DNA from: Armatimonadota bacterium
GTDB lineage: Bacteria > Armatimonadota > Zipacnadia > Zipacnadales > UBA5352
Length of the DNA: 13,027 nt
Direction of reading: 5' to 3'
Assembly (NCBI GenBank): GCA_034722055.1
Contig: JAYENL010000063.1
Location: 1 to 13,027 of the forward strand
The translations under genes and the position numbers were made by a program. The notes under the pieces are model-generated. The model did no database searches and was not told the DNA's origin. It worked only from the letters and a program-made list of their open reading frames with translations. How positions within the stretch are numbered: position 1 is the first letter of the stretch; every line of letters begins with the position of its first letter. Positions 6,161 through 13,027 of the stretch are shown here, in pieces.

Positions 6161-7426
6161 TCAACGGCGCCGCCTGCACCGGGCGATGAGAACGGCGGCG
6201 CCGAGGCTGAGCATCGCCAGCGTTGTGGGCTCGGGGAAGATGTCGCGGTAGGTGGACAGCCAGTAGTCGCCGGTGGCTCCGCTACCGCCATACCTCACGT
6301 TCAGGTAGTAGTAGCCCGAGGTGCCCGCCTCCCACCACAGGTTGGAGGTGTAGGTGCCACCGGACCCGCCCCAGAAGTCATCGCAGTACACCAGCTCGGG
6401 GAGGTCGGGGTCATAATGGAGGTCGATGCGGGTGTCCACTGCCTGGTCGTAGCCCTCTTCATCCTGCGTCATCGCCGTCAGCACGTCGTACTGGTCGAGC
6501 CAGATGCGGTACCAGTCCTCGTCGCTGGTGGAGCCGAGGCTGGCATAGACGGTCTCCATGGGACTGTCGATCAGCTCAGCCAGGTCATAGCTGTTGCCGA
6601 AGTCGGTATCCTCCTGCTTCAGCCCATCGTGGTCGGGGGCGAAGTAGATGGCGTCACTCACGAAGTAGGCATCGCCGAAGCTCTCGCCCTCCTCGCACGT
6701 CTCCCAGCGCCACCACTCCTGCCCGTCGTAGGTGGTGGCGGTGATACCGAAGCCGCTTTCGGCGCTGCCGACCCCATTCTGCCAGGTGTCGCGGACCGCG
6801 TACCACTTGTCCCCGCTGTCATCGATCCAGTAGCCGTAGGACATTACGGAGTGCCCGGCACCCTTGAGGCTCAGGTCCAGGAGCATGGGCCGGCCGCCAT
6901 CGATCTCCGCCACCAGGTCCAGGAAGTCGAAGGTGCCGGCGTTGAAGGATCCGAAGTCCGGGTGGTAGCCGTAACGCGGCAGGGAGTGGAAGGCGTAGGA
7001 TTCGTCGATGCCGGTGCCGGGATCGTCCCACGCCGCGTAGCGCCGCATGCCGGTGGCAATGTTCCAGGTGTTCGAGCCGCCACTGTTGGGATCGGTGTGG
7101 AAGAAGCAGCCGAGGCTGTTGGGGGCGTTGGTGTGCGTGCACTCGTTCTTGACGTAGGTTGCGGAGTTATGCTCATCGGAGCTGATGAGCTGGTAGATCT
7201 CCTCGACGTTGCCGTCGTTATCGTTGGCGTACAGGGGGGCGGTCCCGTCCCACAGGTTCTCGTATCCGGTCTGGCGGTCCCAGTAGCCGAAGACCATGCC
7301 GCCGGAGGTGGGGCTGCAGCCATGGTACCAGTTGTAATCCGGCACCTCGTCGAGGTACACGGGCGTATCGGCCACCGCGCCGGCGCAAAGCGCCAACGCG
7401 AGAACCATAAGCAGCAGATGCCGCAT
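6161..7426 (-). CDS. PEP-CTERM-sorted surface protein with a papain-like (C10/C39-like) cysteine peptidase domain and a PPC-like beta-domain
   Basis: Signal peptide MRHLLLMVLALALCAGAVA; candidate triad HGCSPTS (Cys), GHSVMSYGY (His), VRDTW (Asp); PPC-like SDEDWYRI...DTRIDL...GYYYLNV; C-terminus FPEPTTLAMLSLGAAVLIARCRRRR (PEP, TM helix, Arg cluster). GGGAG RBS at 7433-7437. Confidence 0.85.
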   Translation of the reverse strand: MRHLLLMVLALALCAGAVADTPVYLDEVPDYNWYHGCSPTSGGMVFGYWDRQTGYENLWDGTAPLYANDNDGNVEEIYQLISSDEHNSATYVKNECTHTNAPNSLGCFFHTDPNSGGSNTWNIATGMRRYAAWDDPGTGIDESYAFHSLPRYGYHPDFGSFNAGTFDFLDLVAEIDGGRPMLLDLSLKGAGHSVMSYGYWIDDSGDKWYAVRDTWQNGVGSAESGFGITATTYDGQEWWRWETCEEGESFGDAYFVSDAIYFAPDHDGLKQEDTDFGNSYDLAELIDSPMETVYASLGSTSDEDWYRIWLDQYDVLTAMTQDEEGYDQAVDTRIDLHYDPDLPELVYCDDFWGGSGGTYTSNLWWEAGTSGYYYLNVRYGGSGATGDYWLSTYRDIFPEPTTLAMLSLGAAVLIARCRRRR

Positions 7427-7463
7427 TGTGAGCTCCCAGGACCTGACGTCAGTGGGCTACGCT

Positions 7464-7492
7464 ATCATAGCGCTGACACGCGGTCGTGTAAA
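7464..7492 (-). promoter_or_regulatory. Sigma70-type promoter for the PEP-CTERM gene
   Basis: Minus strand TTTACA (7492-7487), 17 nt, TATGAT (7469-7464), in the intergenic region about 40 nt upstream of the ATG. Confidence 0.65.
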
Positions 7493-7601
7493 CGTCGGCA
7501 GTGAATTGAGAGTGGACTGTGAGACCGGCTTCCTGCCGGCGTGCCGATGCTTGATACGCGCCTGCGCACCCGACCCACTACCCGACGGTGGCCCTCAGTC
7601 G

Positions 7602-9239
7602 CTACCTGGTCGCAGGAAGACGCGGCGGTGGAGGAGGCTTGCGGAGTCGATAGACCGTCATCTCCGGGGCCGCGCGCACCTCGTCGAGGCCCTCGACCTC
7701 CACCAACAGGTGTGCCTGCTGGCCGTCGGCGGCCACCCAGCCGCAGCCGGCCTCCCGCAGGATCGCCAGCCGTCGCTGTGGCGACGTGTCCTCGGCAAAC
7801 AGCTCCGCGGCCATCTCGCGCTTCCGCCCCACGTCCACGGTGACGTGCCAGTGTCCCATGTGCACGTGCCGCAGGGCGTAGCGGGCCAGGAAGGTGCCGG
7901 TGAGATGCGTCGTCATGAAGCGGGCCTCGGCGGGTGCGGCGGCCTCGATCCACTCGAAGGTCCGGGCCCAGTCGGCGGGGATGACCGGCTCGTTAGTCGT
8001 TGACAGGCGGGCCAGCAGCCACACGTCCGTCGGCAGGATGCCCACCAGCAGCAGGGCCATGGCGCAGGCCGTGGCGCGACGGGCCACCATCCGCAGCCGC
8101 GACTGCAGCCACGGCACCACCCACCAGGCCAGTCCGGCCGCCGCCAGGATCGCCAGGGGCAGGTGCAGGCCCTCCACGCACCGCCGCTCAAAGGGGACGA
8201 GCGGATAGGAGTACACCGCCACCGCGGCCACCAGCGGCCAGAAGATCATCAGCCAGTCGCGCGCGGTCTCTCGCCGGCGGCGGCCGATGGCGAGCCGCCC
8301 GCCGATGGCCAGCGGGAGGATGAGCCCGAGCCCCAGCAGGTAGGCGTCCGGCGGCGGAGACCTCAGCACGTTCTGCTCAGCCCACGAGGCCACCAGGGGG
8401 TTGGTGGTCCGCTGCCACCAGAGGATTCCCACCGCTGGGATAGTCCCTGCCAGCGCCCACAGGTTGATCGCGGCACCGCGCCACCCCTCGGGCCTCGCGA
8501 TGCGGCAGTACACAAAGTGTCCCACCAGCAGCGGGGCGATCACCGCCACGTCGTAGGGGTGGATGAGGGCCAGCAGCGCCAGCGTGGCCGCCGCCCCTGC
8601 CGCCAGCCACCCCGACGGGCGCCGGTAGGCCCGCAGCAGCAGCATCAACAGCAACGCCAGCAGCGACAGCGCCAGGGCGAAGTGTGGCAGCCACAGGGAG
8701 TGATAGCCCCACATCTCCGGCATGATGTCCGAGCTCATCAGCACGTGCCGGCCGGTCAGGGCGTTGACCCCATCGGCCACCGCGGCAAGGCCGCTGCCCA
8801 GCGCCGCCGCTACGAATCCGAAGGCCCGGGCCGCCGGCTCGCTGAAGAACTCGCGCATCAGCACCCACACCAGAAGCAGATACGTCAGCCCCCACAGCAG
8901 GCGCACCAGGTGATAGGTGACAAGGATCGGCACGGGGAGCGCCCGGGCCAGCAGGCCGATGGCGAGCCACGGCAGGCTGGGCAGCAGCGGGGGGACCCGC
9001 TCCGCGGTCTGATAGACCTCCACCAGCAGGGCGCCCCGGCGCACCTGCTCCACGTAGGTCAGGTAGAGGTTCTGATCGTCAACCTGCTCCACGATCCCGG
9101 CGAAGTGCTCGCCGGGCTTGGCCGTGAGCCGCTGCCAGGCATGGGGGATGAGGGTGGAGAGGATGATGCCGCCGCTGAGCAGGAGCACCCAGGTGGGGAA
9201 GAGCCTCTGGCGCGACTGCGGCGCGTCGCCGCCGGTCAC
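7602..9239 (-). CDS. Polytopic membrane protein, probable GT-C superfamily glycosyltransferase
   Basis: About a dozen hydrophobic segments; acidic DDQNLY motif in the loop after TM1; HPYD; C-terminal soluble domain (FEWIEA..., GHWH, LREAGCGWV, TVYRL) as in GT-C-type proteins. Likely GTG start at 9239 in a GTGA overlap with the upstream stop (GAGGA at 9250-9254); the ORF track starts at 9263. Confidence 0.65.
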   Translation of the reverse strand: MTGGDAPQSRQRLFPTWVLLLSGGIILSTLIPHAWQRLTAKPGEHFAGIVEQVDDQNLYLTYVEQVRRGALLVEVYQTAERVPPLLPSLPWLAIGLLARALPVPILVTYHLVRLLWGLTYLLLVWVLMREFFSEPAARAFGFVAAALGSGLAAVADGVNALTGRHVLMSSDIMPEMWGYHSLWLPHFALALSLLALLLMLLLRAYRRPSGWLAAGAAATLALLALIHPYDVAVIAPLLVGHFVYCRIARPEGWRGAAINLWALAGTIPAVGILWWQRTTNPLVASWAEQNVLRSPPPDAYLLGLGLILPLAIGGRLAIGRRRRETARDWLMIFWPLVAAVAVYSYPLVPFERRCVEGLHLPLAILAAAGLAWWVVPWLQSRLRMVARRATACAMALLLVGILPTDVWLLARLSTTNEPVIPADWARTFEWIEAAAPAEARFMTTHLTGTFLARYALRHVHMGHWHVTVDVGRKREMAAELFAEDTSPQRRLAILREAGCGWVAADGQQAHLLVEVEGLDEVRAAPEMTVYRLRKPPPPPRLPATR

Positions 9240-11395
9240 AGCTTGATCGTCCTCTCGTCCCACTCCTCCAGGAACCTCCTCTGACGCGGCCGCTGCCTGG
9301 GGATCTGGGGCTTGAGCTCCACGGAGGACAGCCAGCCGGCGTGAGGGCTGGTAAGCTGCATCGACAGCAGCTTCACCTCACCCGGCCGCAGGCTCACGAA
9401 GACCACCGGCCGGTTCAGCGCGATGGCGTCGTCGCTGAAGTGGAAGGCGCCCACGTAGCTGCGCACCACGCCGCCGGGAGTGAAGCTGAGGGTGTGCATA
9501 TCCAGCGGCTGGGTGCGGACCTCGAAGATCAGCTCCACCTCCGCGCCCGTGTTGTTCCACAGCGCCAGGATGCCCTCGTCCCCGCGCAGGAAGGGCCGGA
9601 AGCCCACCGCAACGCCATCCCCTAGCCCGATCTCCTCGCTCTGCCGCACCGCGCCCAGCGGCACCGCCCCGGCCAGCTCGCGGCCCAGCTCCGCGAAGGC
9701 CGTCGCCAGCGTCTCCCGCCGGGTGCCGTCAGGGGCCAGCAGCGCGAAGCCCTCCGCCCCCGGCGGGCAGTCGGTCGCGCGCGCCGGGAGCATGAAGCCC
9801 GTGGCGCCCTGGTAGGCGCAGGCCACCAGCGTTCGCGCCAGCACCGCCGCGTCCAGCGCCTCGGAGCCGGTGGGCGTGGCCGCCAGGCCGGCGAAGAACA
9901 TCGGCAGCCGCGCCTCCGCACGGATCGCCCCGGTGACCTCGGCCACGTTCAGAGACCGCGCCACCTCCACCCAGCCTGGCTGTGGCGCCGCCACGCCCTT
10001 CCGGCCCACGCTCACCGCCCCCGCCGGTCGGGCGGCAATGGGCGGCAGCCGCAGCGACGGCGCCGCGATGCTCCCCTCCGCCCCCAGCTCACACGCCGTC
10101 GCCAGGTCGTCCTGGCTCAGGGTCGGCGGGGAGCCGGGCTGCAAGTCCAATGGGGGACTGAGCACGAACGGCCCGCCCTCCAGCGCCGCGTGCAGCTTCC
10201 GCGTGGCCGCGACCGCCCCCGGCGGGGCCGCGCCCCCACGCTCATGGTGCAGCATCATCGCCTCTGCGGCCCCGGCGTGGGCCGCCGCATCTTCCGCGGG
10301 CCCTTCGAACCACCCGGGGCTCAGCAACAGCAGCCGGCTGGCGGAGTCCGGCAGAGCCGGGGCCTCGTCGCCGGGGGCCAGCCGCGCGGCGTGAAGCTGG
10401 GCGTCGAGGCCCGCCACCGCCGCCAGCTCCCGGCTCGACGGCGGCTCTGACAGCCACGCCAGCCCGGTGGCCGGATAGACGGGCGTGACGTGCACACGCA
10501 CCGGCGCCGACGCCTCCTCCCCCCGGCTGCGGAAGGTCGCGCGAGCGTGGTGCTCGCCCAGCGCGAAGCACTGCAGCGAGGCGCTGAAGACCGTGGTGCC
10601 GCCGCCCAGGATCGTCACCGTGCGCTCTGGGACGAAGCAGCCCGGCGGGCCCGCCACGGAAACGGTCAGCTCCTTGTCGATGTCGCCGCGGTTGGTGATG
10701 GTCAGCTTCAGCCCGCCGCGGCAGCCGCGAGGCTGCCTCACCTCCGCCGGCATCGCCACCTCCATGCCGGCGACGTTCACGACCAGCTCCCGGAGCCTGC
10801 CCGCCCTGCGCTCCCGGGCGTCTATCAGCCCCTCCGGCTGCCAGTGGGCCGGCAGGTCCTCGGGGACGATGGGGGCGTGCTCGCTGCTCGCCGGCTCCGG
10901 CTCGATGGCCTCGACCTCGATGGCGTCCACCAGCCACCGCCCCTCGCCGCCGTCGGTGCCGACGGCCAGCCGTATACGCCCGACGGGCGCGAAGACCTCC
11001 GCCGCCACGGACCGCCAGCCTCCGCCCACCGCCTCGCCGGTCAGCGCCACCTGCGCGGCCGGTCGCTCACCGTCGGCCGCCATCACGCCCAGCAGCAGGC
11101 GGCTCTCGCAGCGCCTCCCCTCGATCGCCCGCGCGCGCAGTCCAAGGCGCAGCCAGCCGGCCGGCCGCTCCGAGCCGGCCTCGGAGACCACCCAGCCCGT
11201 GCTGATGCTCAGGGCCGACCCGCCTGGAGCGCCCGCGACCTGCTCCACCGAGGCCTCGGAGTCCACAGCGGCCCAGGCCTGCAGCCCGTCCTCGAAGCTC
11301 GGATTCTGTGGGAAGCCCTCGATGGGCTCCCCGTCCGCCACCACCGCCAGCAGCGCCACGCACACGCAGATAAGGGCACGCCCGGTCATCGCCAC
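9236..11395 (-). CDS. Secreted multidomain hypothetical protein (CBM4/9-like N-domain, Ig-like domain, degenerate glycoside-hydrolase-like region)
   Basis: Signal peptide (RALICVCVALLAVVADG), NPSFEDG...W and WLVDAIEV typical of galactose-binding-like CBMs, LTITNRGD Ig-like strand, C-terminal ILALWN...VSLRPGEVKLL beta-sandwich. GGAG at 11404-11407; tightly packed between its neighbours. Confidence 0.6.
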   Translation of the reverse strand: MAMTGRALICVCVALLAVVADGEPIEGFPQNPSFEDGLQAWAAVDSEASVEQVAGAPGGSALSISTGWVVSEAGSERPAGWLRLGLRARAIEGRRCESRLLLGVMAADGERPAAQVALTGEAVGGGWRSVAAEVFAPVGRIRLAVGTDGGEGRWLVDAIEVEAIEPEPASSEHAPIVPEDLPAHWQPEGLIDARERRAGRLRELVVNVAGMEVAMPAEVRQPRGCRGGLKLTITNRGDIDKELTVSVAGPPGCFVPERTVTILGGGTTVFSASLQCFALGEHHARATFRSRGEEASAPVRVHVTPVYPATGLAWLSEPPSSRELAAVAGLDAQLHAARLAPGDEAPALPDSASRLLLLSPGWFEGPAEDAAAHAGAAEAMMLHHERGGAAPPGAVAATRKLHAALEGGPFVLSPPLDLQPGSPPTLSQDDLATACELGAEGSIAAPSLRLPPIAARPAGAVSVGRKGVAAPQPGWVEVARSLNVAEVTGAIRAEARLPMFFAGLAATPTGSEALDAAVLARTLVACAYQGATGFMLPARATDCPPGAEGFALLAPDGTRRETLATAFAELGRELAGAVPLGAVRQSEEIGLGDGVAVGFRPFLRGDEGILALWNNTGAEVELIFEVRTQPLDMHTLSFTPGGVVRSYVGAFHFSDDAIALNRPVVFVSLRPGEVKLLSMQLTSPHAGWLSSVELKPQIPRQRPRQRRFLEEWDERTIKL

Positions 11396-11398
11396 ATC

Positions 11399-12574
11399 TC
11401 AGACTCCGCCACTCTCGGACATGACTTCATACACAGCGTACAGATTGCGCCACGCCATGGCCAGGGCTACCAGCGTCATGATAGCGCCCAGCGCCAGCGC
11501 CCCCATGGACATCCCGACGGTGAGGGACCCCACCGCCGCCTCCCGTCGCTCGGACGCCATGGTTGCTGCCGAGTCCACGCTGGCCTCCAGGCTTCCCGCC
11601 CGCTCGGCGCCCGCCAGCATCTGGCGCACCCGCCGCGACAGCACCGGCACTCCGGTGAGGGCCTCCCGGAGGCTGCGGCCGTGGCGCACCTGCTCGGCGG
11701 CTCGCACGGACGCCTGCCGCAGGCCCGGGTGGCCCGACGCCTCGCCCCCCAGCTCCAGGCCTCGGTCCAGCGCGACTCCCGCACGTTCCGACAGCGAGAG
11801 CGTCTGCAGGAACCGCGCCACCACCGACCACCGCGCCATGTCGCCCACGATCGGCAGCGCGGCCGTCACCCGCACCCGCAGACCTTCGGCCGCCGGCAGG
11901 TTCATCACGCCGCGCAGCACCACCAGCGCCGCGAGGAGCACCAGCAGCCCGGGAAGCAGCCTGGTCGCCGCCAGCTCCAGGTACCACCTCATCCCTCGCG
12001 CCACCATCCACGGGAAGGGCGCCACCAACACCGCCAGCACCAGCACCGCCCCGTAGTAGAGGCGCACCCAGCGCAAGCGCGCCTCCACGTTCGCTTCGGT
12101 TTCGTACTGATCCGCCAGTGACTGCAACACCTCCGGGAGGCCACCCAGCTCCTCGCCGGCCCGCACCAGCGCCACGACGTGCCGCGGGAAGAGCCCCGGG
12201 TAGCGCGCCAACAGCTCCGCCAGCGCTGCCCCCTCCGACAGCCGCGGGGCCATCTCCTCCGCCGCCCGGGCCAGTCGCCCGTCGTGGATGGCGGTGGACA
12301 GCTCCCGCATCGCCTCGTGCGCGGTGACGCCGCTGCGGATGAGGCTGGCGAGCTGACTGAAGAACTGCGCCAGGCTCGCCGGCGCAGCGGGGAAGGCCCG
12401 ATGCCGGAAGCCGGCCGCCCACCGCTCCACGTCCGGCTCCGCGGCGGTGATCTGGATGGGGCGGAGATCCCGCTGCCGAAGTTCGCGGGCCGCCGCGGAG
12501 CGATCCGTCGCCTCCAGCGTGCCGCTTCGCCGCGTCCCGCCGCCGTCCTGGGCCACGAACTGGAATCTGGGCAT
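11399..12574 (-). CDS. Type II secretion system F / type IV pilus PilC family inner-membrane platform protein
   Basis: MPRFQFVAQDGGGTRRSGTLEA..A..ELR N-terminus; FFSQLASLIRSGV; ALVRAGEELGGLPEVL..LAD.YE; second repeat RFLQTLS...AGV and MLAGAERAGSLE; TM segments. ATG at 12574 with GGAGG at 12581-12585 (391 aa); the ORF-track extension to 12850 is rejected. Confidence 0.9.
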   Translation of the reverse strand: MPRFQFVAQDGGGTRRSGTLEATDRSAAARELRQRDLRPIQITAAEPDVERWAAGFRHRAFPAAPASLAQFFSQLASLIRSGVTAHEAMRELSTAIHDGRLARAAEEMAPRLSEGAALAELLARYPGLFPRHVVALVRAGEELGGLPEVLQSLADQYETEANVEARLRWVRLYYGAVLVLAVLVAPFPWMVARGMRWYLELAATRLLPGLLVLLAALVVLRGVMNLPAAEGLRVRVTAALPIVGDMARWSVVARFLQTLSLSERAGVALDRGLELGGEASGHPGLRQASVRAAEQVRHGRSLREALTGVPVLSRRVRQMLAGAERAGSLEASVDSAATMASERREAAVGSLTVGMSMGALALGAIMTLVALAMAWRNLYAVYEVMSESGGV

Positions 12575-12605
12575 ACACCGCCTCCCTGCCACCGTGGTCA
12601 CGGGC

Positions 12606-12634
12606 ATTGTACTCGTGGTGTCGCGGGAGTTCAA
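12606..12634 (-). promoter_or_regulatory. Sigma70-type promoter for the GspF/PilC operon
   Basis: Minus strand TTGAAC (12634-12629), 17 nt, TACAAT (12611-12606), about 20 nt upstream of the SD. Confidence 0.7.
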
Positions 12635-12733
12635 TGCGTATTGCTGCTGGAGTGCGAATCCGCAGTTGGGCCGGCCTCCTCCGGCTGCTTCGCATCCGTC
12701 GTCGTGCGGCCCCTCCGACGGCGACGGCCCACG

Positions 12734-12773
12734 GCAAACGGCCGGCGGGCTGGGCAGCCCGCCGCTCCGTACG
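12734..12773 (-). repeat. REP-like palindrome, type B, copy 2
   Basis: Plus strand GCAAACGGCC-GGCGGGCT-GGGC-AGCCCGCC-GCTCCGTACG; 36/40 identical to 5-44. Confidence 0.75.
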
Positions 12774-12851
12774 ACATGGCGACAACGGCATGACGGCAAC
12801 GGCAGGCAGCGCACGGGCCCCCCTGAGCCACCGCATCCCTGCCGTACCAAG

Positions 12852-12873
12852 GCGCGGCGTGCCTACGCCGCGC
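12852..12873. repeat. Perfect GC-rich hairpin in the palindrome-rich non-coding region
   Basis: GCGCGGCGT-GCCT-ACGCCGCGC, 9-bp stem with 4-nt loop. Confidence 0.5.
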
Positions 12874-13027
12874 GCCGCTGCCCTCGCTGTATGGCTTACC
12901 TTTACCCACATCGTGGCGACTGGCGATTCGCTGTCTGCCGTCCGGAGGGGCCGTCTGAGGCTCCAGCATCGTTCGCTGCAGCCGAAGCCGGCCCGGCCGT
13001 TGGCCGTCCAGGCCGCCGATTGCGTCA

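Noticed and set aside
5063..7504. 813-aa plus-strand ORF (also 387-1175, 1922-3469, 4312-5184, 8163-9284, 10485-12056, 10490-12121)
   Set aside because: Antisense shadows of well-supported minus-strand genes; stop codons are scarce in high-GC DNA and the translations show no recognisable motifs.
7519..7541. Possible degenerate REP copies GTGAGACCGGCTTCCTGCCGGCG (7519-7541) and GCCGACTTCCAGCCAGC (4981-4997)
   Set aside because: Stems are 5 bp or mismatched, which is too weak to separate from chance in GC-rich DNA without a genome-wide model.
11427..12911. 494-aa alternative-frame minus ORF, and the 92-aa N-terminal extension of GspF to 12850
   Set aside because: Gly/Ala/Arg-rich low-complexity translation overlapping gspF. 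The extension runs through the promoter and repeats, while ATG 12574 has a good SD and a family-typical N-terminus.
12700..13027. CRISPR array or tRNA/riboswitch in the terminal non-coding region
   Set aside because: No regularly spaced identical repeats, no cloverleaf or T-loop motif, and no riboswitch consensus that I recognise.

Overview
GC-rich bacterial window with eight genes, all on the minus strand. In transcription order: an orphan T2SS/T4P inner-membrane platform protein (GspF/PilC family), a secreted multidomain protein (CBM-like plus degenerate glycoside-hydrolase-like), a GT-C-like polytopic membrane protein, a PEP-CTERM-sorted papain-like cysteine peptidase with its own sigma70-like promoter, a zinc-ligand-less MDR dehydrogenase, a cytoplasmic sulfatase with a non-canonical CSGSR motif, and a glycyl radical enzyme (GRE) translationally coupled to its radical-SAM activase. 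Two things stand out. (1) The GRE has atypical catalytic loops (PSTCTET, RIGGY) that I cannot match to a characterised class, and it sits next to the sulfatase and dehydrogenase, so it may be an undescribed anaerobic catabolic module. (2) A family of REP-like palindromes (GTGG/GGAG foot plus hairpin) with compensatory stem substitutions occupies the intergenic regions, and a REPIN-like triple hairpin has been inserted in frame into the GRE coding sequence. No rRNA, tRNA, CRISPR array or transposase was seen. All assignments come from motif reading by eye; no searches were run.
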